A stretch of 64,000 nucleotides of DNA from an uncultured Planctomycetaceae bacterium. GTDB lineage: Bacteria; Planctomycetota; Planctomycetia; Planctomycetales; Planctomycetaceae. The notes under the pieces were generated by a model. It was not told where the DNA came from and did not search any database. It was given only the letters and a program-made list of their open reading frames with translations. A program made the translations under genes and the position numbers. Shown one piece after another: positions 40,765-52,286 of the stretch (within the stretch, counting starts at the first letter, position 1; each line of letters begins with the position of its first letter). The stretch covers positions 896,001 through 960,000 of the forward strand of contig CAWFAK010000007.1 of the NCBI GenBank assembly GCA_963813715.1, read 5' to 3'.

Positions 40765-41466
40765 CTAGGCCTGAATCAGGTCCAAAAATCGCGTCGCGAA
40801 CCTCGGAGCGGTGCCCGAGTCTTCGTGCTTGAAGAAAACGAAAGCCTCGTCCCACTTTTGCGATTTGGCCTTTTCGAGCCACTCGACCAGCCGCTGCTCG
40901 GAGTACACTTCGCGCCGTAGCCGCAACATGCCCCAGCGGGCCGTGTTCACCAGGTCGGGCGACGGCAGGTCCTCCGAATCAGCCACGCAGAGCGCACACG
41001 ATTTTGCGCGAAGCCGTGCGAAGACCTCGTCGTCGAACCAGCTCTCGTGGCGAAATTCCATCGCCACGGCGGTCCCGGTTGGGATCAGATCCAAAAAGCC
41101 GTCGAGCCGCGACACGTCCTTCTTGAAATTCGGCGGCAACTGAAAGAGCAGAGGCCCCAACCGCTGTTTGAGCACGGACGCGACCTGCAGAAATCGCTCC
41201 GTCGAGTCTTGGATGTCCTTGAGCCGCTTGAAATGCGTGATCGCCTGCGGCGCCTTGAGCACAAACCGAAAGTTCTCCGGCACCTGCGTGGCCCACGACT
41301 CGAGCACGCTGGGAGCCGGCATGCGATAGAACGTGTTGTTGATCTCGACGGTGGAGAACCGCTGGGCGTAGAAGCTCAACATCTCCTTGGCGGGCATCTT
41401 CTCCGGGTAAAAGCTCCCCTTCCACTCCTTGTAGCTGTAGCCGCTCGTGCCGACGAAGAATCGCAT
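40765..41466 (-). CDS. DUF72 protein
   Basis: GTSGYSY..W.G.FYP, VEINNTFY, LFQLPP, FFKHE. Confidence 0.95.
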   Translation of the reverse strand: MRFFVGTSGYSYKEWKGSFYPEKMPAKEMLSFYAQRFSTVEINNTFYRMPAPSVLESWATQVPENFRFVLKAPQAITHFKRLKDIQDSTERFLQVASVLKQRLGPLLFQLPPNFKKDVSRLDGFLDLIPTGTAVAMEFRHESWFDDEVFARLRAKSCALCVADSEDLPSPDLVNTARWGMLRLRREVYSEQRLVEWLEKAKSQKWDEAFVFFKHEDSGTAPRFATRFLDLIQA

Positions 41467-41851
41467 GGTATCGCAGCCTGCCGAGGTGCCGAAATCTGCC
41501 CCCAAAATCGCCACCATGCATTGTGCTCGACGCACAAAGGCGTCGCAAGAACCGACCGCGACAGAATTAACCAGCGGCCCGCCTCGACTGCCGCGCGCCC
41601 CTGCTGCCGACACCATCGTTCCGCCCGGCAATATCGGTTCTTTTTGTTCTTTTGGGTTGATCACCGCCCTCTCTTAACCCCTTGGGCACCGGTAGGTTTA
41701 CCGGTTTACGGCGTTTTCTCACCTGCGAACCAAGCGAGAGCGGCAGACAACCGCGACAGGTGACTTCAGGGCACGGTGATTGCGAGCGTGCAGCAGCGAC
41801 GTTAAATTCGAGCCGTCGCCGGACTGCGGATCCTCGCTGCCCGGTTGGCAC

Positions 41852-41924
41852 GCACTCGTAGCTCAACGGATAGAGCATCGGTCTTCGGAACCGAGGGTTG
41901 GGGGTTCGAATCCCTCCGAGTGCA
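41852..41924 (+). tRNA. tRNA-Arg(TCG)
   Basis: Canonical cloverleaf; TCGGT-CTTCGGA-ACCGA. Confidence 0.95.
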
Positions 41925-42047
41925 CTCGATTCAAATCTCGCCGAACGCTTGATTTAGCGTACCTGTCCGCGTCGGGCAGTGCGGCCTGAAAGCCCTGGAA
42001 AAGTGGTCAAACTACCACTTTTCAAAAGGGCTCCAGGAGTTCGCACC

Positions 42048-43291
42048 ATGCCACGACCCCAAAAAATCCCGGCCTACAAGCTTCACAAGCCTTCAGGACG
42101 GGCCCGCGTGATTATTGACGGCCGCCACATCTATCTCGGGAAGTTCGGCTCACCGGAAAGCCACGAGCTTTACGCCCGCCTAATTGCAGACTACCTGCGA
42201 CGCAAACCGGCACAACGGCCGGCGATCGCGTCCGCGACGCTTCAACTGGGCACTCTGACGATCAGCCAGTTGATCCTGGCCTACTGGACATTCGCGAAGA
42301 CCTATTACGTCCTCGACGGTCATCCGACGAAGGAGCTTTCCGGAATGAAAGACTCCCTTCGGCCTCTTCGCGAGTTGTTTGGCCGAACGCTGGCGAATGA
42401 ATTTGGACCGAAGAGCTTGGCAATTGTCCGGCAGCACATGATCAGCCAACAGGGGTTAGCCCGGACGGAGACCAACAAGCGGATCGGCAGGATTAAACGC
42501 GTCTTCAAATGGGCGGTTGCGGAAGAGCTGATCGAATCATCGGTTTATCACGGCCTCCAGGCGCTGACCGGCTTGCGGTTTGGCCGAACTGAGGCGCGTG
42601 AAACGGAACCCATTAAGCCTGTCGCCGACAAGGACGTCGATGCCATTCTGCCGTTCTTGGCGCCGCAGATTCTGCGCCATGCTGAAACTGCAGCGGCTGA
42701 CCGGCATGCGTCCCTGCGAAGTGGTCCTCATGCGCGGCTGCGACATCGATCGCTCGGACGACGTCTGGGTCTACGAGCCGCTGATCCACAAAAACCGGTG
42801 GCGCGGGCATCGCAGGTTGATTGCACTGGGACCGCGGGCGCAAAATCTCCTGCTGTCCTTTCTCGACCGCGATGCAGAAGCTTTTCTTTTTAGCCCGCGG
42901 GAGGCCGAGCAGTGGAGGATTCAGCAGCAAACGGCCAAGGCCGGTCAGAATCGGAAGACCAGGATCTTCCCCTGCGAGCTCCGCAGCCGGGAATTGAGGA
43001 GACAGCGCCGGCTAAGACGATCGCGGCGACGACCGCCGAGAGACGGGTACGATACTGCTTCCTATCGTCGCGCGATCGAATATGCGATCCAGAGAGCACG
43101 CCGGGCGCAGGATTGAAGTCACGCACTGGCATCCCAATCAGTTGCGACACGCAAAGGCGACCGAGCTACGGAAGCAGCATGGGCTCGAGGCCGCTCAGGT
43201 TGTTCTGGGACACGCGCGGGCGGATGTGACGCAAGTTTATGCGGAGAGGAATGTCGCACTCGCGAGGGAAATCGCGAAGCAGTCGGGGTGA
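42048..43291 (+). CDS. Tyrosine integrase (two frameshifts, ~42670 and ~43110)
   Basis: TGMRPCE, HPNQLRH, LGH..TQVY. Confidence 0.9.
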
Positions 43292-43351
43292 GGTCCGATC
43301 CGCCCGACGGCGTCACTCAACCAGACGATCCCATCTGCATGAGGCCGGGAA

Positions 43352-44782
43352 ATGATCCGCAAACGCCCCAAGAAGACTGGTCCGGCTCCGGCGGACAAAC
43401 AGGGCTTAAGCCCACAGCTTCATTCGCCTTCCGAGAGGAAAGCGTTCCGCAGTAACGTCCTGAACTGGGCTCAACGACAGATTTCGGTCGATCCTGCCGC
43501 GCGGCAATTCCACGAGTGGGAGCTTGCATGGACGCCCAGCATCGTGGGGCTCTTCTCGAAGATGCCCATTCCGATCGAAGCGCGGCTGGCGGCGGCACTT
43601 ATAGGCTTGCGTCAGTTTGACTTGGAGCCGTTTTGGAACCTGCTGCATCACAAACTCTTTGTTTGGGTCTATGACGCGTTTTGCGCCGCTGGACGAATCG
43701 AAATTGGCGAGCAGAGCGAGAAGTCGATTGAGTCTATTTTCTCTAGGTTCAATGCTTACGAGGCGTACCGTAAGGGAACCGATTTCGGGAACGGCTTTGC
43801 CGATGTATCTGACACGGAATTCAATCGAGTCTGCCACGCGGTTTGGTGTTTTATTCTGGATGAACTCAGCAAGAACGAAAACCAAGTTGGCCGCGTCCTC
43901 AATCTGGTCGCGTTCCCTCTCGGTCGCGGTCCGGTGCGGTCAGTATCGCTCATCGACCTCCATTGGATCGCCGAGCCGGTGTTGGAGCTCATTGTGTATT
44001 CCCAGATGGTTCGACAGGACGGGCTTGTGTGTCTTCCACCGGTTGACCCCAATCCAGCTGCCTTCGAGCGAGTTTTCGCCAAAGACACGGCGTGGCCGCG
44101 CGATGCCGATAAAGGAGCTGAGGAAGAGTTCGGGAAACTTCCATCTGAGCTCAGGCACGAACATCTGGCAGATTACTGGGAAAAAGCGCACGAGCACGTT
44201 CGGCAGCTCAAGCTGCGGCGTCGATCAGTGGATGGCCAAGTCTATTTTGATGCCGAGAAGATTGAGCAGTCGGACGACGAGTTGATCCAGCGAACTGTGA
44301 GACTGGGAGAGCTCACCGAGCACAACGCGGGCGTCTCGATCGAATGGTGGAATAATTGGGTGCGCGAAAGAAACCCGAAAGTCAGGTCCAAGCGTGTGAC
44401 CGTCGTCCTGGGCGAGTTATCCCATTCTGACACGCTGCCCGATCGGCACGATCTTGTAGCCATTGATGACCGAAAAAGGCTTGGGGAGATGCTGATGGCG
44501 CGGCGGGCCGTCATCCAAAGCCTGCTGCTGGACTGTCGGAATCACCATCGTGAATCGCTCTTCTCGGAAGCCGGAATCCTGGACCCGAGCCAAGGCGAGA
44601 AGAAAATTCTAGCAATGCTTTTCCGCCGGTCGATGACTGCGGAACAACTGGCGGACGAACTCGGCTGCCCTCGCAGAACGCTATTTAACGAAGGATGGCT
44701 CGCACGCCTCGCCAGAAGCGGCGTTGTTCGCAACGACCGTTTGATCGGTGGATATTACCTGGCCGCCTTTCCGCCGGCGTGA
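43352..44782 (+). CDS. Hypothetical protein with C-terminal winged HTH
   Basis: MTAEQLADELGCPRRTL...GVVRN...GGYY. Confidence 0.65.
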   Translation: MIRKRPKKTGPAPADKQGLSPQLHSPSERKAFRSNVLNWAQRQISVDPAARQFHEWELAWTPSIVGLFSKMPIPIEARLAAALIGLRQFDLEPFWNLLHHKLFVWVYDAFCAAGRIEIGEQSEKSIESIFSRFNAYEAYRKGTDFGNGFADVSDTEFNRVCHAVWCFILDELSKNENQVGRVLNLVAFPLGRGPVRSVSLIDLHWIAEPVLELIVYSQMVRQDGLVCLPPVDPNPAAFERVFAKDTAWPRDADKGAEEEFGKLPSELRHEHLADYWEKAHEHVRQLKLRRRSVDGQVYFDAEKIEQSDDELIQRTVRLGELTEHNAGVSIEWWNNWVRERNPKVRSKRVTVVLGELSHSDTLPDRHDLVAIDDRKRLGEMLMARRAVIQSLLLDCRNHHRESLFSEAGILDPSQGEKKILAMLFRRSMTAEQLADELGCPRRTLFNEGWLARLARSGVVRNDRLIGGYYLAAFPPA

Positions 44783-45086
44783 CCGTCGTCGCTCACATTG
44801 TATGCCGCCCCGCAAAATCTAAGGCGTCCCGCTGACTGCGCCGACTCCTGGCGAATTTTTTTGCGCAGTTGTCGCCCCCGTGTTGACCACGCGGGAAGTA
44901 CGCACCGGACACTGCGTCCGGTCGTAAGGCAGATCACGCGTGTTATTTGCTGCTCAGGGTGCGCAACGCCGTTTCTTTAGTTTTTTGCGATTTCTCGAGA
45001 GTGCCAATGTTTGGCACTGGCGCCCAACTTTGGACCAGTACGCTTGGACTTGTTGCGGATCTACCCATCCAGTTGCGAGGCGCAGC

Positions 45087-45380
45087 ATGGCCATAGATAT
45101 CGAGAGAGAAGAGCTAATGTCCCTGTCGAGAGCCGCGGGGCGACTACCCACTCGTCGGGCAGGAAAGAAGACACACGTTTCCACGTTGCACCGATGGGCA
45201 ACGATTGGACTGCGTGGGGTCGTCCTAGAGACGCTGCAGGCAGGGGGAGTGAAAGTGACGTCCCTAGCCGCACTGCAGCGCTTTTTTGAGCGGCTCTCCG
45301 TCCGGGGAACATCGCAAGCTTCCTGCGGGACACCGGCCAAGGCTGATACTGAGGCCGCGCTCGACGCCGAAGGGATCTAG
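45087..45380 (+). CDS. DUF1580 (excisionase-like HTH)
   Basis: HVSTLHRW...GLRGVVLET...TSLAALQRFF. Confidence 0.85.
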   Translation: MAIDIEREELMSLSRAAGRLPTRRAGKKTHVSTLHRWATIGLRGVVLETLQAGGVKVTSLAALQRFFERLSVRGTSQASCGTPAKADTEAALDAEGI

Positions 45381-45510
45381 ACGGGCTGGGGCAGACGCAT
45401 AACGACCCCGCCTACGATGCCAGCATAACGACAAAAACAGAGGAGGCACCCGCCGGCCGCTAAACCTAGGGTGCCCCCTAATCTCACCCCTTGGAGTCAG
45501 GAGTCAGACT

Positions 45511-47466
45511 ATGCCGACTGTATCACAAAATAGAAAAGTTAGAAGCGCCTCCCACAAGAAGAAGAAACCTGACGGCAGTCCAGTCTTACCGAGCGCGAAG
45601 GGGCAATCCCGTCCACCTAGCCAGCGTATTGAGCGTGCCCGGCCCCTCCCAAGTCGCCAGACTGTTGCGGCCGCCCTCTACTCGCTCGATCGCTGCCAAA
45701 TCGACGATGAGGAGAAGTGGCTGCGAGTCGGACGAGCTCTGTGGGCGTGGGATCGTAGTCAGGCCACGCTCAACCTGTGGGCCTGCTGGTCGACCAGGCA
45801 CGGCGCGCGGACACCGAACGATTGCAGAAAACAATGGAACCTGTTTGGCCAAGCCCGCCGCGGCAGCTCCGTCACGATCGACGACCTATTCGATTGGGCG
45901 GAAGGCTGCGGTTGGTCTTCGCGTCAAGAGAGCCGCAGTCGTGTCGACGGACCACAAGCCGCGTGGGGGCTGGCCGAGCAATTCATCGAGACAACCTGCC
46001 TCAGCTTCGAGGGGAACACGGCTGTCCGCACCCTTCGTTATTACCGAGGAGAATTTTATCGCTGGCGAAGCGGGAGATACGTCCCAGTGCCCCTTGGCGA
46101 GATCCGCAACGCCGTCGTCGGATTTCTCGGGCCGATGGGCCTCAGCGTCATGCCCATGGTGATTGCCGCGGTGTTGGACAGTCTGCGAGTGCAGACGGAA
46201 GTGGCCGCGGAAAAGGACGCACCCTGTTGGCTCGACGACGATCTTGAACTGCTTGGCGAGATCGTAGAGCCTCCTGCCGCACCGGAAGACGTGATCGCCA
46301 CCCGGAACGGGTTAGTCGATGTAAGGGCGTTTCTCGACGGTCGGCCTCGCCTGCTGCCGGCTACGCCAAAGTTTTTCTGCACCGCGGCGGTCGACTTCGA
46401 GTTCGCCGCAAAAGGAAAGAAGCCGACCCGCTGGCTCACGTTCCTCAAGGAGCTCTGGCCCAATGACCAGGCCAGCGTCGAGACGCTGCAGGAATGGGCC
46501 GGCTACGTCGTGATGCGCCGCACCGAGCTCCAGAAAATCCTAATGGTGCTCGGGCCGCCGCGGGCTGGAAAGGGAACGATCGCCAAGGTGTTAACCGCAC
46601 TCGCCAGCCCGGCCAGCACGGCAGCACCGAAGCTGAGCGACTTCGCCCAGCAATTCGGTTTGGCCCCGCTCATCGATAAGACCCTCGCGATCATCCCGGA
46701 CGCAAGATTAAGCAATAGACACGATCAGGCCACGATCGTGGAGCGGCTACTCTCAATCTCGGGCGAGGATTGCGTCACGATCGATCGCAAGCACCGGGAC
46801 CCCATCACCGTGAAGCTCGCCACTCGCATCACGTTGTTTACAAACGAGTTACCGAGCTGGGACGACACGGCCGGTGCGTTAGCATCTCGACTCATAGTGC
46901 TCCATCTGACGAGGAGCTTCATTGCGCCAGATGGCGCCGACTCCAATGACGAAGTGGGCCAGGATGACGCGCGCCTCGTTGCCGACCCGGACCTCTGGAT
47001 CAAGTTACAACGTGAGTTGCCGGCCATTTTGCGGTGGGCCCTCGAAGGCTGGAAGCGACTACAACAGCGCAGGCACTTCTTGCAGCCCGAGTCGGGTAGG
47101 CCCTTGCTTGAGCAGGCGGCGGACATCGCGTCCCCGATCCATGTGTTCGTTCGCGATGAGTGCACGACTGGTCAGGGCAAGCAAGTCTTAACGCAGGAAC
47201 TCTACGATCGCTGGAGGCGCTATTGTGAAAGGACCGGCCAGATCCCTGGAACGATACAGACCTTCTCCAGAGGGTTACGTGCCGTCGTGCCGGATCTCGG
47301 GACGCGTAGGAAGAAACGCCACGGCCACACTGATAGCTGGCTGATCGGCCTCTCTCCAAACGTACCGAACCTCGGCGCGACACGTCGTCATCCTGTGCCG
47401 GTCTCCAAGCAAGCGGCAGCGAAAGCGAGCAAAGACGGACTGCAACCCGCGCATCGTTTCGGATAG
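45511..47466 (+). CDS. Phage/plasmid primase-helicase, P4 family (PriCT-2 + D5_N + SF3 helicase)
   Basis: WLRVGRAL..W..WS; RNG.VD; LQEWAGY; GPPRAGKGT; TNELP. Confidence 0.9.
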   Translation: MPTVSQNRKVRSASHKKKKPDGSPVLPSAKGQSRPPSQRIERARPLPSRQTVAAALYSLDRCQIDDEEKWLRVGRALWAWDRSQATLNLWACWSTRHGARTPNDCRKQWNLFGQARRGSSVTIDDLFDWAEGCGWSSRQESRSRVDGPQAAWGLAEQFIETTCLSFEGNTAVRTLRYYRGEFYRWRSGRYVPVPLGEIRNAVVGFLGPMGLSVMPMVIAAVLDSLRVQTEVAAEKDAPCWLDDDLELLGEIVEPPAAPEDVIATRNGLVDVRAFLDGRPRLLPATPKFFCTAAVDFEFAAKGKKPTRWLTFLKELWPNDQASVETLQEWAGYVVMRRTELQKILMVLGPPRAGKGTIAKVLTALASPASTAAPKLSDFAQQFGLAPLIDKTLAIIPDARLSNRHDQATIVERLLSISGEDCVTIDRKHRDPITVKLATRITLFTNELPSWDDTAGALASRLIVLHLTRSFIAPDGADSNDEVGQDDARLVADPDLWIKLQRELPAILRWALEGWKRLQQRRHFLQPESGRPLLEQAADIASPIHVFVRDECTTGQGKQVLTQELYDRWRRYCERTGQIPGTIQTFSRGLRAVVPDLGTRRKKRHGHTDSWLIGLSPNVPNLGATRRHPVPVSKQAAAKASKDGLQPAHRFG

Positions 47467-47960
47467 CCGAGCTGGGGCGGCGCGATCGCAGTCGGCCGTG
47501 GCCCCCCGGCCCCAAAAAATCCAGCGTAGAAGAGCGTTTGGCGCGCGATCCGGCGCGCGATGAAAGGAGAGCCTCTTTTGTCATGAAAAATGCAACAAAG
47601 GCCCGGGGAAATGAGGATTTTTCGATTGTTGGCTCGGCCAGCGGCGCGCGATCCCTCTATTTTTTCTTCCTAGATGTCCTAATACCCTAAGAAAAAAATA
47701 AGAACATTGCGCGCCTTGCGCCGCTCAACTCCGCTGGGCGAAGTCGATGCCGTGCTCCCGGATCAAAAACAGGATTCAGCTCCGCTGGAGAATCGACACT
47801 CCAAGATTCAAGCCCATCAGCTCTGGCCTCAAGAGCCAGGAACCACAAGGCAGACGCGTCTTTCTTTGGGGGGGCGCACGTCCCGGTTCGATTGGTCTGC
47901 CTGACTAGCCCCACTGTTAGCGGACATGCGTGTCCCCAATAACGCGAAAGGAATTGACAG

Positions 47961-49079
47961 ATGCCACTCAATCCCAAGCTGTATGCTCTGCTCGAGCGGA
48001 CCTTCGGCGTAGTCGAAATCAAGAACCCCGGAATGGAAATGCAATACGCCTACGGGTTCGACCCAGTGTCGCAGCGTCTTAAGCTCCTGATTGCCGCATC
48101 GGGCGAAGAATACGCCGTCAACTGTCCCCGCTGCGGAGACACCAGGAAGCGCCTCTCGATCTCGGCAAACTGGTACCATCACGACGTCGCGCACGGGCAA
48201 ACGTGGTCGCACCTCATCCACTGCTTCAATGAAGACTGTTATGCCGAGCATCACGTGCGGGCGGCTCTATACACGCGCCTGCACGACGGACGCTCGTCAT
48301 TCGGTTCGCGTCAGGCACCTGCGGCCAGGCAAGTCTCTGGCCCCCTGGACGGCCCTCTTCCGGTTCGGGAATTGCCGGCCGGTTTCAAACGGCTCTCGAA
48401 ACTGAAGGACAGCCATCGCGCCATCAAGTATCTGGTCAGCCGAGCCTTCGATCCCGAGGAGATCGACCGGGTCTACCGGGTCGGGTACACCAAGAGCGAC
48501 GAAGCACCCCGCCTGGCGCGGAGGAGGATCATTATCCCCTCGTACGCCGACGGAAGCTGTGTCGGCTGGCAGGCCCGTTACGTGGGCGACGTCGACTTCA
48601 AATCTGAAGGCGATCTGCCAAAGTACTACACCTGTCCCGGCATGAAGCGCGGCCGAGTGGTCTACAACCTCGACCAAGCTTGCGAGTACCCGACGGTTGT
48701 GATTGTCGAGGGGCCCACCGACGTCTGGCGCGTGGGGCCGATGGCGGTCGCCATCTGGGGGCACACGCTGAGCGCTCCGCAGAAGGAGCTCATATGCAAG
48801 AACTGCCCCGACGCCAGTGTGGTCCTGATGCTCGATCCCGAGATCATGCAGCCGGCAACCGAGCGCTACGCCCGCATCAAGCTGAAGAACCTCATGGGGA
48901 TGACCGAGGCGTTCGCCGGCCGGTTGGCCCTCGTGTCACTGCCCCACGGGACCGACCCGGGCTCTCTCGACCGACAAAAACTGCGAGAAATCATCAAGGA
49001 CCAGGCAGCCAATCAAGGCGTCGAGCTCAACTGGAAAAAGCGTAGTCGCCGCAAACGCTCGACGACCAACCGACATTGA
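47961..49079 (+). CDS. Zn-finger + Toprim DnaG-like primase
   Basis: CPRC..HCFNEDC; YLVSR; RIIIP..GWQAR..PKY; VEGPTD; MLD..TDP. Confidence 0.85.
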   Translation: MPLNPKLYALLERTFGVVEIKNPGMEMQYAYGFDPVSQRLKLLIAASGEEYAVNCPRCGDTRKRLSISANWYHHDVAHGQTWSHLIHCFNEDCYAEHHVRAALYTRLHDGRSSFGSRQAPAARQVSGPLDGPLPVRELPAGFKRLSKLKDSHRAIKYLVSRAFDPEEIDRVYRVGYTKSDEAPRLARRRIIIPSYADGSCVGWQARYVGDVDFKSEGDLPKYYTCPGMKRGRVVYNLDQACEYPTVVIVEGPTDVWRVGPMAVAIWGHTLSAPQKELICKNCPDASVVLMLDPEIMQPATERYARIKLKNLMGMTEAFAGRLALVSLPHGTDPGSLDRQKLREIIKDQAANQGVELNWKKRSRRKRSTTNRH

Positions 49080-49543
49080 CGGGTGAGCGTCCCGGGTGCG
49101 ACGTCAAGACCTCGTTGAAGTCTGAGCCGGCCGTAGTCGCGAGAATCGACGGGACGGGGACAAAGACGAAAACTAGCCGGACATCGTGTCCGTCCAATAT
49201 CGCGAATGAGGTCATGAGTGCCTATCAGCTTAAGCGTCACCACCGCTACATCATGACTTTCGATCTCTGCGCTGCTGAGTGATCCGCGGTCAACGGGGCC
49301 TCTGCTCGCCGCGATCATTGCGATTCGCATGCAGCCGACTAGCCTACTCGGGTGCCGCTCGTTCAGGACGGAGGCGCTCGCCCGCGTGGTGCGCCTCGTG
49401 CGGCGCGAGTGCCGCACGCGGTCTTCGAATAGCACGCCACTGAAAGCCTAAATCGATATAGATTAAGCAATAAAATGACGGCGCCAGCACTTTGGTGGCC
49501 GATATTTATCCGAGGAGGAACTCGCTTAGCGAAGGAACGCGCC

Positions 49544-50593
49544 ATGACGTTACGGAAGACGAAACGAATCAAAGCTGCGCCCGCCACAGACGGCGCGAGC
49601 ACCCCGCCGCAAGTGCAGATGGTCAAAGTGTGCGACCTCTGCCCACACCCAGAGCAGGCTGAGCTGGTCGGCGACATGCCGCCCGCCGATTTTGAAGCCC
49701 TCGTCGCCGACATCGAGGCCAACGGCATCCAGAATCCGTTGATCGTTCTTGCCGACGGGGCGATCATCTGCGGACACCAGCGATATCGCGCCGCCGTCCT
49801 GCTGGGCATCGGAGAGGTGCCCTGCATCATCCGCCGCGATCTTCGCGGTGCCGATGATCCTGCGGCCGTGAAACTGCTGCTGTCCGACAATCTGCGGCGA
49901 CGCCAGCTCGGCCCCCTGGAAAAGGCTCGGTACACCAAAAGGCTATTCGAACTTGAGTTGGGTCGCCGGCTCGACCCTAACGACTCTTGGGATCATCCCA
50001 AGCAAATTGCCGTCCGCGATGCAGTCGGCAAGCTGCTCGACTGCTCAGGGCGCAACGCCGCCCGGTACCTTGCTGTCCTAAACACGCCGAACGAGATCCA
50101 GCGGGCATTTGACGCCGGGCTGGTGCGGCTGGCACTCACTGAACGAATCTCGTTCTTAAAGCGAGAAGCTCAGCAGAGGCTGGCAGAGTCCATCTGCAAG
50201 GCGCGCAGCCGCTCGAAAAGCGGCGACCCGAAGTGCAAGCAGACGGTCCAGGCCCTTGTCGACACGGCGCTCGCGAAATCGAGGCCCACGAAGAGGGTCC
50301 GCGCACCGTCCCCAATGGCCCCACTGCACGAGCTGAAGCGGTGTCTAGAGGCCAATGTTGCCCTCGTACGCGAGGGGCGTGACGAGATCATCGGGCATAT
50401 CGGGGGAGATCCAGAGTCGCAAGACTCGCCCCTTTTCGGGATCACGCGGGATCTCTGCCTGCAGCCCATGATCGAAGTACGGGAGCAGTGCGAGTGCTTG
50501 CAGCTGCTGCTGAGCGAGATCCAAAAAGAGGCCAAACTTAAGTTGGCGGCTCTAGAGTGCCCGGATATCGAAAAGCATGAGGCTGCTGCTTAG
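49544..50593 (+). CDS. ParB N-terminal domain protein
   Basis: PHP, DI..NGIQNPL, IICGHQRYRA, DNLRRRQL. Confidence 0.85.
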   Translation: MTLRKTKRIKAAPATDGASTPPQVQMVKVCDLCPHPEQAELVGDMPPADFEALVADIEANGIQNPLIVLADGAIICGHQRYRAAVLLGIGEVPCIIRRDLRGADDPAAVKLLLSDNLRRRQLGPLEKARYTKRLFELELGRRLDPNDSWDHPKQIAVRDAVGKLLDCSGRNAARYLAVLNTPNEIQRAFDAGLVRLALTERISFLKREAQQRLAESICKARSRSKSGDPKCKQTVQALVDTALAKSRPTKRVRAPSPMAPLHELKRCLEANVALVREGRDEIIGHIGGDPESQDSPLFGITRDLCLQPMIEVREQCECLQLLLSEIQKEAKLKLAALECPDIEKHEAAA

Positions 50594-51075
50594 TCCGTGG
50601 TCGACGGAGTTTTTTTTGTAGGCCCCGGCTCATCGGGCACCAGAACCGCGGATCGAGTTGAATTGCATCCACACCGAGAATCAGCATGACCGATTCCTGT
50701 AGCATCGCGAGACGCCGCTGGATGACGCGAGCCCTCTCGGTTTGTTCTGTCCCCGTCCGTCGCGCCGACGCATGCTGTATCCTGAACACACGTGCGGGCT
50801 GAGAAAGACCTCAATTGGATCGGCGGTCCGGACATGGTGTCCATCGGGAGGAGTGAATTCCAAAGCGCGAATGGAGACAGCAGTGCTCAAGTCCCCCCCC
50901 GTCAAGATTCCCGCTGACAGCGGCCTAATTCTTAGATAGCGTATGTGCTGGGCTCATGCGGGCCGGTTCGCAGAGATCGCGCCACAAGCGAGATAGAAGA
51001 CCTGACGCGGCGAGACGGCTGCAAGCGTTCGAGGTAGCGTGTCAGAGCCGCTCGATTGATTGCGGAGGCAAGGGA

Positions 51076-51714
51076 ATGCAAAAGGGAATCACATCGCTGC
51101 CGGCAGTGGCGCACACTGCATCGGCTCAGGCTATAGCCGATTGCCAGCGGCAGGCGCTGGCCGACCAGGGCGACGTCTGGGGCCTGCTCGATGCGCTCAG
51201 CCAAGCGGATCCGCGAAGCTTCCAGTGGAAGGGTGAGCTTGACCGTATCCTCAACAGCCTACTGACTCGCAGTCGCCAGCGGCCGCAGGCCTTCGCCGGA
51301 GAGGTGCTCGATCGCTTGGCGGCCGTCTCAACCTTTTATCTGCTGCGAGCCGAACTTTATCTGCGACAGCTCACAAGTGAAGCCCTTCCGCCTGACCGCA
51401 ATCGGCCAGTCTCAGACGCTCCCGCAGCAGTCGTCGAGCACTTGCTTCCCCGCTATCAGGAGCTCGGACGCTCCACAGCCGAAATCCTGCACTATCGGGC
51501 CAGCATTGCACGTCAGTGGGCGTTGGCCAATGCAAAGGACTCCGAGTCTGTTCGGCGTCATCAGAAGCCAGAAACAGAAGCCCGAGATTCAGTAATCAAG
51601 CCCAGGCCTTCAAAGCCGCCCACGAACGGGCACAACGGTACGTCCGCAACCGGCGACCGCAACGGTCACACGCCTCCATCTGCAGGAAATGGTCGTTTCT
51701 CGTTCCCGTCCTGA
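51076..51714 (+). CDS. Hypothetical protein
   Basis: Clean ORF with SD-like GGAGG upstream. Confidence 0.55.
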   Translation: MQKGITSLPAVAHTASAQAIADCQRQALADQGDVWGLLDALSQADPRSFQWKGELDRILNSLLTRSRQRPQAFAGEVLDRLAAVSTFYLLRAELYLRQLTSEALPPDRNRPVSDAPAAVVEHLLPRYQELGRSTAEILHYRASIARQWALANAKDSESVRRHQKPETEARDSVIKPRPSKPPTNGHNGTSATGDRNGHTPPSAGNGRFSFPS

Positions 51715-51728
51715 TCCCGGTGTCTCGC

Positions 51729-52088
51729 ATGCTTTCCGATCACGCCCTCGAGGCCCGCTGGGAACGCATCCGCTCGGCGATGGAGCAAAACCGGCCGCTG
51801 CTTGAACGACAGGGCACCATCGCCTTCAAGAAAGCCGGCGGGGTGACCGTGCGCGTCCTGCGCTTCTGCGAACAGCGTCAGGGCCGCCGACTCCAGCGCT
51901 CCATTTATCTCGGCGTCAACGATGAGCTCTTGAGACGAGGACTCGCTTTGCTCGAAGCGTTTCGGGAGCCGATCCGCTGGCAGGCCGAAACCGCCGCGGC
52001 CGCCGCTGCTCTTGGCAGCATTGTTTCCCGCTTACGTCGCCGAATGGGGAAGGGACGGCGGCGGACCCTAAACGAGGGCTTTCGTTAG
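51729..52088 (+). CDS. Hypothetical basic protein
   Basis: QG.I...RLQRSIYLG motif, a pattern seen in small mobile-element proteins. Confidence 0.55.
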   Translation: MLSDHALEARWERIRSAMEQNRPLLERQGTIAFKKAGGVTVRVLRFCEQRQGRRLQRSIYLGVNDELLRRGLALLEAFREPIRWQAETAAAAAALGSIVSRLRRRMGKGRRRTLNEGFR

Positions 52089-52286
52089 TGGGGAGGCGAT
52101 GCCGGCCATTTGCGGGCGTTTTCTCGCGGCTCAGGTCGCCTAAAAGGACTATGAAAGCGACCGCACGCCACTAAACGGTTAGCCCTACACCGCGAGCTTG
52201 TCGCCTTCACTGGATCGCCACGTGGCGCTTGATTGCATTCCAACCAAGCGCAGCACTGAGGTGCGAGAAACGCTCGTGTCGTGCCC

